Assembly: GCA_964509425.1 (NCBI GenBank) | Contig: CAZDWZ010000011.1 | Coordinates: forward strand, 35,429 to 99,428 | Source of the DNA: an uncultured Bdellovibrionales bacterium | GTDB taxonomy: Bacteria; Bdellovibrionota_C; UBA2361; SZUA-149; CAZDWZ01 | Reading direction: 5' to 3' | Length of the DNA: 64,000 bases | Shown: in pieces, positions 1 to 9,944 of the stretch | Layout of the letters: each line of letters starts with the position of its first letter | Numbering within the stretch: position 1 is the stretch's first letter | Made by a program: the position numbers and the translations under genes | Notes under the pieces: model-generated | The model's input: the letters and a program-made list of their open reading frames with translations, nothing else | Databases searched by the model: none | What the model was told of the DNA's origin: nothing

Positions 1-489
1 TGAGTGAGATTTCCTCTATTCAATTTCCGGGTTAAAGCAGGAGCTGGATAAATATCGTTACTATGACCTCTCGACTCCGGCTTACATTTCTGGCGTGATG
101 CAAAAGTCCAATACGAACTCTATTTCAGAACGAATCTTCCGCGTCATCTACGTGGAACTTCGGTCGCTCGTCCGGATCGTCTTCGTACTTGCAATTCTCG
201 CCTCGCCAATTCTCTATTCCGAGATTCGAGCCCGCCCGCGCACGAGAGCATTTTGTGCGTCTATCGCTGTTCCCATGAGCGACAAGGACATTACAACCGC
301 AGCGATCGCGATTGGACTCACGGCGAGCGCACCGCGCTTCGAGCCTCCCAAGAGAAAGAGCCGGATGTATGTGTATTACCTTGGTTGGAAGTTTAGTCGC
401 GATATTTGCACGATCGATCTCCTCGATGGCAGAGTCGCGGACCTCGCCGATGTGAAGCTCAGTGAATACGAAAAAAAAGTCGGGGTTCA

Positions 490-2658
490 CTAATACGCAA
501 CCAAAAACTCCATCGCGAGTTCGGAGCGGGGAGTTTCAAGCGCCTTAAGCGCCGCCTTCGCCCGCGCGAAAAGTGGCTCGATGTTTCCTTCCATCGCACG
601 CATCGCAACATCGAAGAGCGCAGACTCTGCATGTCCATACAGCGAGGTGAGTTTCCGCGAGCCGACTACTTCGCCTGCGAGGACACGGACCCAAAAGTCC
701 TGGTCTTCAAGACTCTCGTCCAAAAATCCAAGCATGGAAGTGGGAATGGCGTCGAGAAAACCGGTGCTCCCCAAAATATCTCGGTGGTAGAGAAAGCCCT
801 GTGCGGTAATGTGATCGATGAGCGCTTGAAATGCTTCGTCTCCCGGCTGCGAGAGCCGGAAAAGCGCGTGGGCGGAATTCACCGATACCGGCCGCTTTGA
901 GGAGCTGAGCTGCTGGAGAAGCACCGGTTTTGATTTCGCCGTTCCAAACTTCGCGAGAACGGCAGCCGCGTTCTGGAGGCGATTGTCATCAGTCTCGTCT
1001 GTTAATACCTTGATCAGCGTATCTTCGGCCGCTGGAGAGATATCCTTTCCGGAGAGAAGGGCCGACATCGCGTTGTTTCTCACGCTCGGATCGGGATCGC
1101 TCAGACCCTTTTCAGTATCCGGAACGTCGCTCGCTAATTTGAATTCGTAGATTGCGGCGTAGCCATTGGCGCGGTCTGTGACGGTGCTGGATGCAAGAAG
1201 CCTCTGAATGGCAGGCACCGCCTTGTCGGTCGGGAAAGGACTTACGTCCTTTAATGTGCGCAAAGCTGACGTAGACTCTGCGAGATCGGGTTTCGCCACA
1301 ACCTGCAACACGGAGTTTATGGCTTCGGGTGTGCCGATCTTCGAAAGCGCGAGGAGTGCGCAGGGGTGGCAGTCGTCTTTCTGTTTGAGAAGTGCGCTGA
1401 GCTTGGGAACGAGAGGGGCAGCAGCCGGGCCGATGGTTCCGGCTATATGCGACACGCTCTTTCGCAAATCGAGCGAAGGGTCATCGAGCAGCTTCTCAAA
1501 AATGGGAATCGCCTTCGGCAGATCCTTCTCGGGGATTCCGCCGGGAATGACACCGAGCATGTAGAGTGCCCGCGTTCGTGTTTTTTCATTTCCCGTCGGG
1601 AGCGCTTCGAGAAGATGGGGCACCGCGCGGCTCGCTACGGGTCCGATTTTCTTCAGCAACGGCTGCATCGTGTCGCCGTAGTGAATCGAGAGATCGCCGA
1701 GCTTTTCCCAAATCGGTGCTGCGACGCTCGATTCGAGCTCCGCCAGCTTCTGGAGGCTTTCAGGGGTGTCGATGCCCTTTAACGCGAGCGCAACCGCTTC
1801 CTGGTCTTCCACATCCACCGTCGGAAATTTTGATATCGCCGGAAGCGCCGAAGCTGCAGGCGATCCGATCTGCCCCAGCGAATTCAGTGCTGTCCGGCGA
1901 ATTCCGGGTTCGTCGCTTTCTAGCGCGTGAATCAGGGCAGTGACACCCTCGGGAGCACGAATCTTCCCGAGCGCGTAGGCTGCGCACTGCTTGCACATAT
2001 CGTAGTCATATCCCCCGTCCAATATGCGACTGAGCTCCGGCACTGCCGAGCGGGAGGCCGGCCCGATGCGACCCAAAACCGCAATCGCGATCTTTCGTAC
2101 TTCAGGGCTCGAATCTGCCATCGCCTTCCGAAGAGTCGGCACGGCGGCTGCGGCCTCATCCCAGAGCGCGCCAATCATATAGATGGCAAAGCTCCGATCG
2201 CTCGCAGCGGATTTTTTCTCGACGCGTGCGAGGAGCCAATCGAGATGCTCACGTCCGAACTGCCGAATCGCAGCTTTCGCTTCAATGTTCGGGGCGATCC
2301 GGAGTAGAGCGAGTGCATCCTCCCATTCTGTTTCCGGTCCACTCCGAAGCCGCTCGATAAAGACCGCTACGTCCGCCGCCGAAGGTAAACCAATCTGATT
2401 GACGGCTTGCGTGGCTTCGGCCGCAATAAATGGATCCTCCTCATTCGCGATTCGAATGAGCGCCGGGAGCGCAGATGATGCGCGCTGTCTCATTCCGCCG
2501 AGCGCCTTAATCGCTGCCACCCGTTTATCGGTGTCAGCGACCTTCAGTTGTTTGAGCAGTGCTTCGACGCTTTGTGAGTTTTCTTGAGCGATCGCCGAGA
2601 TCGAAGGGGCGAAGAGAAGGAGCGCCAAGAAGAGTCGCTGAATCTGAAAAATCCTCAT
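490..2658 (-). CDS. HEAT-repeat (PBS-lyase-like) protein, secreted
   Basis: 745-aa ORF. Probable start is the internal Met of MRIFQIQRLFLALLLFAPSISAIAQ (signal peptide). Repeated ~30-aa helical units with A(L/I)xxLGxIG-type motifs typical of HEAT/PBS lyase repeats. Confidence 0.55.
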   Translation of the reverse strand: MRIFQIQRLFLALLLFAPSISAIAQENSQSVEALLKQLKVADTDKRVAAIKALGGMRQRASSALPALIRIANEEDPFIAAEATQAVNQIGLPSAADVAVFIERLRSGPETEWEDALALLRIAPNIEAKAAIRQFGREHLDWLLARVEKKSAASDRSFAIYMIGALWDEAAAAVPTLRKAMADSSPEVRKIAIAVLGRIGPASRSAVPELSRILDGGYDYDMCKQCAAYALGKIRAPEGVTALIHALESDEPGIRRTALNSLGQIGSPAASALPAISKFPTVDVEDQEAVALALKGIDTPESLQKLAELESSVAAPIWEKLGDLSIHYGDTMQPLLKKIGPVASRAVPHLLEALPTGNEKTRTRALYMLGVIPGGIPEKDLPKAIPIFEKLLDDPSLDLRKSVSHIAGTIGPAAAPLVPKLSALLKQKDDCHPCALLALSKIGTPEAINSVLQVVAKPDLAESTSALRTLKDVSPFPTDKAVPAIQRLLASSTVTDRANGYAAIYEFKLASDVPDTEKGLSDPDPSVRNNAMSALLSGKDISPAAEDTLIKVLTDETDDNRLQNAAAVLAKFGTAKSKPVLLQQLSSSKRPVSVNSAHALFRLSQPGDEAFQALIDHITAQGFLYHRDILGSTGFLDAIPTSMLGFLDESLEDQDFWVRVLAGEVVGSRKLTSLYGHAESALFDVAMRAMEGNIEPLFARAKAALKALETPRSELAMEFLVAY

Positions 2659-2981
2659 CTCGGCTCCGCAAAAGTGCTGTTTTGCCTGGATCGGCTTTCG
2701 ATGTTTCGGGCCCGTAAGTCGATTCAAAATTGCTGGAGAATAGACGCTGACGAGAGGGCGAATTTAGCGGCTCACGTGAGCAAACTGACTACTTCTGTTT
2801 GCACGGCCCTCGCTGATTTGACGCTTCTGTAAGACTGCCGTCCGGGACTCCATCCATAATGTTTTTCGGAGACAGGAGATCGGAAGTGTTGTTTTGGACG
2901 AGGTTATTGCTGAATTCTGCTAAAAATCGCCCGGATAGAGGAACTTGTGAAGTCGGCACCTTTGAGCGAAAGCGTTGAGGG

Positions 2982-3317
2982 GTGTCGAAGACTCAAGCTG
3001 CCAAGGGTTTCAGTTCCATGAACGAGTACACGTGCGCGGAGCCCCGCTGCGGAGCGGTGGGCGTCAAGGGTCAGTGGCTCTGCCAGTCCTGCCGCGCTCC
3101 CCTGCGCTGGCTGGCACTCGCTACGGGGCTGCTCTGGTCGAAATGGAACAAGCTGCAACGCTGCGCCGAGGGGGAGAAGAACCTGACGTATCTCGAGATC
3201 GAGGCGCTGGGGATGGAGATTCGGGCCACGCAGGGGGAGATCGCGCGGTACGTGCTCGGTGACGAGTGGGACTATCAGCTCGCCGTCCTGCTCAACAAAG
3301 CGATCCTCGCCTGCTGA
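2982..3317 (+). CDS. small hypothetical protein with CxxC...CxxC zinc-ribbon-like motif
   Basis: 111-aa ORF with CAEPRCG...CQSCRAPL Cys pairs. Not recognised beyond that. Confidence 0.3.
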   Translation: MSKTQAAKGFSSMNEYTCAEPRCGAVGVKGQWLCQSCRAPLRWLALATGLLWSKWNKLQRCAEGEKNLTYLEIEALGMEIRATQGEIARYVLGDEWDYQLAVLLNKAILAC

Positions 3318-3683
3318 CCCCCGAATCGACATCAGCGAAACCCGCCAGGCAAGCAGACGAAGGTAACCCCTCCGTCTCTTGTCTCCCAGTTGTACTTCCT
3401 GTTTGAACAATTCCTCTCCCCGATGCTTTCAGTCCTTCGCGGGAGATCGGCCGCCACATTCTCAAAAAATCTAGAACTATCTAATTCGAACAGGAGGCAT
3501 CTTCCTGAAAAATCACGGTGTATCCCGCACCATCACAGATCTTTTCATGATGCGAGGTCTGCTTCCAGAAGCCTCACAAATAAGTGACGAGCGATCCCAA
3601 ACACTGTCGGCGGACCCATACCCGGTCATCGGTTATCGAATTGGATTTTGGTTTTGTTTCTACAGGTGATTTTTAGGAGGAGT

Positions 3684-4154
3684 ATGAATTTGCGAAAGGT
3701 TTTTAAGCTTGGATGTTTTCTCGGATTGCTGAATCTCGTGCCTCACGATGCGTCGGCGCAGTTTGCGGCGCAAGCGGGACTCATGGAACCTGCGGTCCGC
3801 TGCGCGATGGGTATGTGTTCGAGTAAGATTCGCGGGCGAGTGGAAGCATATTACTCTGACGCCGCCGGCAAGCTCCATTATGCGTGTATCTCAGCAGCAA
3901 ACGTCGATCACACGGGAGTTCAAAACTTCGATCAGGTGCAGACGGAGCTGCATATCTTTCTGAACAACCTCTTCCTTCAGCAACAGCAGACCGCCGCAGA
4001 TTCAGGACTGACACTTCACTCCGGACCTTGGTTTGACGGCTACGGATATTGGATCGGAACGCCGTTTTATATCCAGATGGTTGGAAACTTTTCCGTCGGC
4101 CCAATCGGAGAGGGTGCTTGTCCAGTGGATATCTACGGACCGGTTCCTGACTAA
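3684..4154 (+). CDS. secreted hypothetical protein
   Basis: AGGAGG 7 nt upstream of the internal ATG. MNLRKVFKLGCFLGLLNLVPHDASA signal peptide. Confidence 0.5.
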   Translation: MNLRKVFKLGCFLGLLNLVPHDASAQFAAQAGLMEPAVRCAMGMCSSKIRGRVEAYYSDAAGKLHYACISAANVDHTGVQNFDQVQTELHIFLNNLFLQQQQTAADSGLTLHSGPWFDGYGYWIGTPFYIQMVGNFSVGPIGEGACPVDIYGPVPD

Positions 4155-4214
4155 TGGATTGAGCTCCTCCGCTCTGACGAGCAGAGGAGCTGTATTCTCC
4201 GAAATGCAGAATAT

Positions 4215-4319
4215 CTCTGTGCCTCTGCGTCTCTGTGGTTCAATCGGCACCGCAAAAAAATCACTACGACGCGGTGGCACGCCACCCTGTTTGAACCACA
4301 GAGACACAGGGGCACAGAG
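4215..4319. repeat. 105-bp imperfect palindrome (29-bp inverted arms ending GGTTCAA / TTGAACC), REP- or attC-like
   Basis: Left arm ctctgtgcctctgcgtctctgtggttcaa and right arm ttgaaccacagagacacaggggcacagag are reverse complements with 2 mismatches. A nested GGTGGC..GCCACC hairpin lies in the spacer. The element sits 60 bp after the stop of the preceding ORF. Confidence 0.6.
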
Positions 4320-4548
4320 GAAGTGGGTGTGAAGCGAACTTCTAGCAAACTTGTATCGTGTAGATTGAGGGTCAACGTCCGGTTATCATTTTACCAAGGT
4401 CCAGCATTGCTCTCACCAATTCCGCCGACACCCTTCGAGTAGAGATTCTTCCGGAGTCCGAGAACAAATTTCATCACATCTATGAAAACCACTATGGGGG
4501 CGTGTGCCGCCAAAGAGGTTTCTTTGTGTAATTGTGAAAGGAAATACG

Positions 4549-4950
4549 ATGACTCTGCGTGAACTCCTCTGTTTGCTCCGCGACGTCGGCGTCTACGGCG
4601 CGGCCGGCATCGGGTACAGGGTGTTCTGCCCCGGTGCCAACGAGGAAGGGTGCATCTTCGAGTTCGATAAGCGCGGTGATTGCCCCATCCTCTCGATGTT
4701 CCGGGGGTCGCGTCTCTGGGCGCCGCGCTCCGACTACTTGGACCTCGAGATTGCGAGCGAAGGGTTCGGTCCGAAGCGAACGGCCGACCTGTGGGCGAGC
4801 TGCGCCAAGAAATGCGCTCCGAATTTCTCCGACACCTTTGTGTTCGTGCAAGTCGAGCGCATGGTTGGTGAATTCCCCGAGCGACTGCTCGTTAGGATCT
4901 ACCCGTATCAGACGGGCATGCATCCCCGGGTCGAGTTTCCGGAAAGGTAG
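4549..4950 (+). CDS. hypothetical protein
   Basis: ORF with aaaGGAAAtacgATG RBS-like context. No recognisable domain. Confidence 0.4.
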   Translation: MTLRELLCLLRDVGVYGAAGIGYRVFCPGANEEGCIFEFDKRGDCPILSMFRGSRLWAPRSDYLDLEIASEGFGPKRTADLWASCAKKCAPNFSDTFVFVQVERMVGEFPERLLVRIYPYQTGMHPRVEFPER

Positions 4951-5167
4951 AATGTTTTCTGGCGGACGCCCCCGCCCTTAGAGTTTTCATAGAATGTAAG
5001 CGATGCCGCCGAGTCTCGCTATTCGTTGAGCAAATTTGTAGCGGTGAGGTCAAAAGAGAACGATAAATTCTCATCGTGGACGCCTCTCCTCAATTGAGAA
5101 GGTTTTGCATCCAGTAAAACGCTTCTCAGAAAGGGGATGAGTACGGCTCCGCCGTTTCTCTGATCTC

Positions 5168-5195
5168 TGTTCACTGTTCACTGTTCACTGTTCAC
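5168..5195. repeat. perfect tandem heptamer (TGTTCAC)x4
   Basis: Read directly from the sequence: tgttcactgttcactgttcactgttcac. Intergenic, ~500 bp upstream of the 5705 ORF. Confidence 0.8.
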
Positions 5196-5704
5196 TCGCC
5201 ACGACTTTCGCGTTTCGTCGGACGGCCTTCGCGCAGCCTTGGGGAGCGGCGAAGACGGTCGATATGCTCGTCGGTGAGGCCGGGGAGCCGGCGCGCGATG
5301 ATGCAGCAGGGGTCGCTCCCGCTCCAGCGGCGGTATGCGAAAGCTTCAACCTCACCTTCTCCGACATCATCTTCTTCGTCTGGCTACTTTTGTTTTCGTT
5401 GCATTCCCGCTGACAAATATGGTCGGCAGGAAACCCGCTTGACCACGCATCAGGGACGCCCATCAAACCGCGAGAAAACTGCTAGAAAACTGCTCGCATA
5501 ATGCTCGTTCAGCGAGCGCCCCAGAATTTCCCTCCTTCGCATAAACTTCTTTGAAACGTCGAGGAAGCCATTCCGAGACGCGTAATGTTCGGTCCCACGA
5601 GAGATATACGACAACCCGAAAAATTGTCGGACAATGATCCGCAGCGAAAATGTGCTGCGTGGGATCCGAGCGCCCAAAAAGCGATAGATGAAAAAAGAGG
5701 TTAT

Positions 5705-6124
5705 ATGTCAGCCATCGTCAGCAACACGCTCCGCTCGATCTCGAATCCTGAAGTTTCCGGCGCGCTCGCGCTTCCGCCGCCGAGTCCGGCAGTCCCGGAC
5801 AAGCTTCAACTTTGTGCTGCGGAGCCCGAAAACAATAAGATTGAAGCGGATGCACTTCGTGCATTGAGCTTGATCAAACGAGAGATGAAGGCGCCCTTTC
5901 CCAGCTTCGATGTTGCTAATGCGGAGCTCGGCAGGCTGAATCACAAGTCGTACAAACGACTCTGTGAAATTCATGAGGCTCAAACCGGAAAGCCGTTCAT
6001 TGACAGCATTAACGACACCGTATGGGGCGGGAGCGGGGTAGTGAATGGACTCACTTGGTTGATTACGGGAGACAACTACACGACCATCCTCCGAAAGCGC
6101 TGCGAGCAGTTGTCGAAACCGTAG
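5705..6124 (+). CDS. hypothetical protein
   Basis: Internal ATG preceded by aaaAGAGGttatATG. No recognisable domain. Confidence 0.4.
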   Translation: MSAIVSNTLRSISNPEVSGALALPPPSPAVPDKLQLCAAEPENNKIEADALRALSLIKREMKAPFPSFDVANAELGRLNHKSYKRLCEIHEAQTGKPFIDSINDTVWGGSGVVNGLTWLITGDNYTTILRKRCEQLSKP

Positions 6125-6141
6125 CGGAATTCATAATCCTG

Positions 6142-6170
6142 TTGAACCACAGAGGCACAGGGGCACAGAG
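6142..6170. repeat. second copy of the 29-bp TTGAACCACAGAG(G/A)CACAGGGGCACAGAG arm (direct orientation relative to 4291-4319)
   Basis: 28/29 identical to the right arm of the 4215-4319 palindrome. Begins with GTTGAAC (matches the integron attC R-prime consensus GTTRRRY). A further imperfect palindrome (ctctgcgtccattgcggttgc ... gcaaccgcagaggacgcaaag) follows at ~6216-6286. Confidence 0.6.
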
Positions 6171-6452
6171 ATTGCACAGGGAAGAAGCGAAGCTGGTAAT
6201 ATTCTCCACTCTGCGTCCATTGCGGTTGCATTTTGGTTTGAAGAATTTACTTGAAGGCAACCGCAGAGGACGCAAAGGAGTTCTCTTAAGGTTCTCAGTT
6301 ACAGTATGACGTTGGGTCTCTAATCGAAAGTTTCAAGAGAAAAGGCGAACAAGGAGGTTCTGTGGGATCGGTTACAACCGTCGCACAAAACCTCCTTGCC
6401 GCTTTTGTCGGTCCACCTCCTTTCACGAGATGAGTGAGAAATCAGTCGTGGG

Positions 6453-7787
6453 TCAGATCAGCGCCGCGATCGGTTTCCCGCCGTCCACGAGGTACTGCGG
6501 GCGGCCGCCGCTGTCGCGGAACTGCGTGTCCACCGGGATGCCCATCGCGTAGAGCACGGTCGCGACCAGATCGCTCGGCGTCACGGGGTTTAACTTCGGG
6601 TACTCAGCCTTGGCGCTCGACTCACCGACTACGACACCGCCTTGCAGACCACCGCCGGCCACCATCAGCGAGCTGAGCTGCGGCCAGTGGTCACGTCCGG
6701 CGGTGCCGTTGATCCGCGGCGTGCGGCCAAACTCGCCGGTGACGATCACCATCGTCTCCTCGAGCAGTCCGCGCTGATCGAGGTCGTCGATGAGCGCCGC
6801 CACCGCGCTGTCGAGCTGCGGCCCGAGCTGCTTGAACCCGTCCACCAGTCCGCCGTGCATGTCCCAGCCCCCGAAGTGGAGGGACACGTACTTCGCGCCG
6901 CCCTCGATCAGCCGGCGCGACAACACGAGCTGGTCGCCGATCGTCGTCCGGCCGTAGCGGTCGCGAAGCCGCGGATCCTCGGCCGACAGGTTGAACACGT
7001 TCCCGACATCTCGAGTCAGCGCGCCGAACGCCTGATCGGCGAATCCGTCCATGGCCGCCGCGACGCCGGTCTGGTCCACCTCCTTTCGCATGCTGTCGAA
7101 CGACGTGAGCAGCGTGCGGCGATCGCTCAGCCTCGGAACCGTCACGTTCAGTCGGAGGTTGGCCCGAGCTTCCCCTCGCCCGTTGAACGCTCCGAAGTTC
7201 GCGCCGAGCCACGCCGGACCTCCGGCGTAGATGTCGTCCTGCGCGACGTAGGTGGGAACCCCGCTCGGCGAGCTGGCCCCGTAGTAGCGCGAGATCATCG
7301 AGCCGATCGACGGCCAGATCGGCGGCAGGTTGTTGTCGGCCTGAGCGTGGTTACGCCCGGTCATGAGCCAGTGCGTCCCTCCACTGTGACCCGAGTTGCC
7401 GTGGGTCAGCGAGCGGACGACGGCGAGCTTCGGCATGATCCGGGCGAGCTTGGTGAACGACTTCCCCAGAGTGATCCCCGGAACCGACGTCGGTGTTTCC
7501 CCCGTCATGCTCCGGAACTCCGCGGGCGCGGTCATCTTCGGATCCCACGTCTCGACGTGGCTGGGCCCGCCGCCCAGCCAGATGGTGATGACCCCCTTCG
7601 CTTTGCCGAACGTGGTGCTGCGGTTGCCCGGCGAGTCCGCCGGAGGTGCCGCACGTGTGGTTTGCCCGAACCAGTCGGGCAGGCCGAGACCGAGGATGCC
7701 TGTCGAGCCGAACGCGAGGAAGTTTCGTCGCGTCGAGCCGTCGCAGGTCCTTCCGCCGGTTCTCGCCGGAAGTAGGAACGTGAACAT
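6453..7787 (-). CDS. DUF1501 family protein (sulfatase-like fold) with twin-arginine signal
   Basis: TRRNFLAFGSTGILGLGL TAT-type signal. Motifs WLGGGPSHVETWDPK and TGEFGRTPRINGTAGRDHW are characteristic of DUF1501. Start set at the internal ATG (MFTFLL). The gene is ~63% GC. Confidence 0.8.
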   Translation of the reverse strand: MFTFLLPARTGGRTCDGSTRRNFLAFGSTGILGLGLPDWFGQTTRAAPPADSPGNRSTTFGKAKGVITIWLGGGPSHVETWDPKMTAPAEFRSMTGETPTSVPGITLGKSFTKLARIMPKLAVVRSLTHGNSGHSGGTHWLMTGRNHAQADNNLPPIWPSIGSMISRYYGASSPSGVPTYVAQDDIYAGGPAWLGANFGAFNGRGEARANLRLNVTVPRLSDRRTLLTSFDSMRKEVDQTGVAAAMDGFADQAFGALTRDVGNVFNLSAEDPRLRDRYGRTTIGDQLVLSRRLIEGGAKYVSLHFGGWDMHGGLVDGFKQLGPQLDSAVAALIDDLDQRGLLEETMVIVTGEFGRTPRINGTAGRDHWPQLSSLMVAGGGLQGGVVVGESSAKAEYPKLNPVTPSDLVATVLYAMGIPVDTQFRDSGGRPQYLVDGGKPIAALI

Positions 7788-8117
7788 GGTACGGTTGCCC
7801 TCGTAGGGTGATGATTGGAATTCCTTTCCGATCCTTCTGCCTCCTTGTGAACACCACGCGAGACGCAAGCGGTCTTCACAAGAGCTGCAGAGCATTTCGT
7901 CTTTTCGTTTGAGGCGTAAAAAAGAGCGAGAACGGCCGGCTGGGCCGGTCGCATCAAAGTCTATGCGATCTTGGGAGCGAAAGTCTTGGAGTTTTTTTGT
8001 TGGAAGTAAGAATATGGAACGAGATAAAACTTCAGAGGCCTCGGCCCGAAGCATTCGTGTTTCCGCTTCCAATCTGAATTTCACCCGCAATCAAGATGAA
8101 AGCGGCTCCGTGTGGAG

Positions 8118-8519
8118 CTAAGCGGGTGACGATTTCTTCGGCGACCTCCACTGGAAGTCTCTGTAGAGACAAAGACACATGGAGAGCATCATCAAACCCG
8201 CAAGGATTTTCATCAAGAGGATTTGAAAGTCCGTGAATTTCACAGGACCTTCCATGCCATCGAAAACGGTTTCTAAGAAAAAAAAGAAGCCGCAGAAACC
8301 GAAATAGAAGCCGGCCAACTGTTGGCCATGTACTCTGCCGCGATATTCGCTCCAGAGAATAAAAAGCGAAGGAACCAATACCAAAAGTGTGACGGATAAG
8401 ACGGAGATGAGGCCACTACCATCTTCAAAAGAAACCTGAATCGCGCGAAAATAACTGACGAGCAGGAATGTACCGCAGAAGTAGGTCAGAAGACTGAAGC
8501 GATGTTTTTCGGGTATCAA
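8118..8519 (-). CDS. hypothetical membrane protein
   Basis: Three to four hydrophobic helices. No homology recognised. Confidence 0.4.
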   Translation of the reverse strand: MIPEKHRFSLLTYFCGTFLLVSYFRAIQVSFEDGSGLISVLSVTLLVLVPSLFILWSEYRGRVHGQQLAGFYFGFCGFFFFLETVFDGMEGPVKFTDFQILLMKILAGLMMLSMCLCLYRDFQWRSPKKSSPA

Positions 8520-9092
8520 TGGCCCCCTTGACGCCAGCGAATGCCAAAGCTCTAGGATTTGTCACGTAGTGTTGCAGAGTCAGCGAGAGAATGCCGGGAG
8601 CGTGAGACCTGTCACGTTGAGAAAGCAAAAGCGGGTGAATAGCTGTTCGACTTATTCGCCCGCCGGGGATGGAAGATCTTAACTACCATCAACGAGAATC
8701 CGAGCAGGAGAGAAACGGGGATAATACTGCCAGCGACGAAAGGCCACCGCCATTCCGAGCAGTGTCGCGATAAGCTTGAACTCACTGGTTTTTAGACTTC
8801 TGTAAGCCCTTTTAAAATCCGAATCTCGAACGCGGAAAAGAATATAAAAATCCTAACTTCAGCACAGTTGCGTCCGTCCCTGCTCAATTCTCGTTAAAAG
8901 CCCGTTTCCGCGTTGTCGGGTTTTTGGAATCACGATAGGCACGGCCTCTGAGGCGGTGTTCCAGAAGCGTCTAGTCTTTTTCCTCGTTCTTTCTATCTCT
9001 AAGTATTTTTTGTTGTCTAAGAATAGACTTCGCGGAGCACTCGCCGGACGTAACTTAACCACAGGAAAAACGATCGAGGTGCTCACGCGATT

Positions 9093-9614
9093 ATGGCCAA
9101 TAAAACGTCTCTCCGATTCAATCAAACCATTGCTCTCCGTTGTCTTAAAATTTTCCTCTTTGCTGTGCTTTCCTTGGGGGTCGGCGGGGTATCGCTCTCG
9201 CAGCCTGCGCTTGCGGAATATCATGAGGGGACCTGGGGACCGTTCCCGCGCGTGAATCCGGGAGATACCGGTACATGTGCTCAGTGGGCGCGTCGTCTTT
9301 TTTGCGAGTGGGCCGACACGGCGGCGACGACTTGGGTCTCTAATTGCCTCGCGCAAGCACGAAGAGTCTGCGAACGGAACAACGGAGTTTTTAGCGTGAT
9401 TCCGCTCTCAGGTCAGACAACAACCGAAGAAGGAACGTTCTCTTGCAAAGTGACGTTCAAGACCGACTGGAAATGTGTGGCGAAGAATCCCGAAGAAGAG
9501 GGAGATGCGGGTGAGGAGGAGACCGAATGGGCAGACGAGGGTTATGACTGGGGATCGTATCTCGAAGAAGATCTCACAGACTACACACCCGAGGAGAATC
9601 CCGGCGTAGAGTAA
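9093..9614 (+). CDS. secreted hypothetical protein with acidic C-terminus
   Basis: Signal peptide IFLFAVLSLGVGGVSLSQPALA. Six Cys. Asp/Glu-rich tail. Confidence 0.5.
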   Translation: MANKTSLRFNQTIALRCLKIFLFAVLSLGVGGVSLSQPALAEYHEGTWGPFPRVNPGDTGTCAQWARRLFCEWADTAATTWVSNCLAQARRVCERNNGVFSVIPLSGQTTTEEGTFSCKVTFKTDWKCVAKNPEEEGDAGEEETEWADEGYDWGSYLEEDLTDYTPEENPGVE

Positions 9615-9632
9615 TCTAAGTCTCGTACCGCT

Positions 9633-9661
9633 AACGCCGTGCAGCCGCGCTGCACGGCGTT
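9633..9661 (+). terminator. perfect 12-bp stem hairpin after the 9093-9614 gene (no strong T-tract)
   Basis: aacgccgtgcag ccgcg ctgcacggcgtt lies 19 nt after the stop codon. Confidence 0.45.
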
Positions 9662-9944
9662 ACTTCCAAACATGTTCCTTGAATTTCTCAAACTGACACC
9701 CGAACCACGAGAGCGTCTTGGACTCTCCTTCGAGCGGGATCAAGCAGGAGGCTGTTTGCGCGGAAGTCCCTCACCGATTACGAGATGAATGGATATTTCC
9801 TGGAGGTAAAGCTCTGAACGAATTCCTTTCGTTTCTCTAGCGTTTCACTCTCGATTTTCGAGAACACTGTGAGAATTGCCGATGACAACTCGGAAACGTT
9901 CTCGGCAACTGGAGTTCCCTCGGGCTCGATGATACTGTCCCGAG

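Noticed and set aside
4291-6170. Possible CRISPR repeats (29-bp near-identical sequences)
   Set aside because: Only two direct copies, 1.8 kb apart, with protein-coding-sized spacing and a palindromic partner arm. There is no regular repeat-spacer periodicity, so this is not a CRISPR array.
6642-7857. Long ORFs (377, 173, 168, 141, 136 aa) overlapping the DUF1501 gene in other frames
   Set aside because: Stop-codon depletion in a ~63% GC gene. Translations are Arg/Ala/Pro-rich low-complexity. DUF1501 in the minus frame explains the region.
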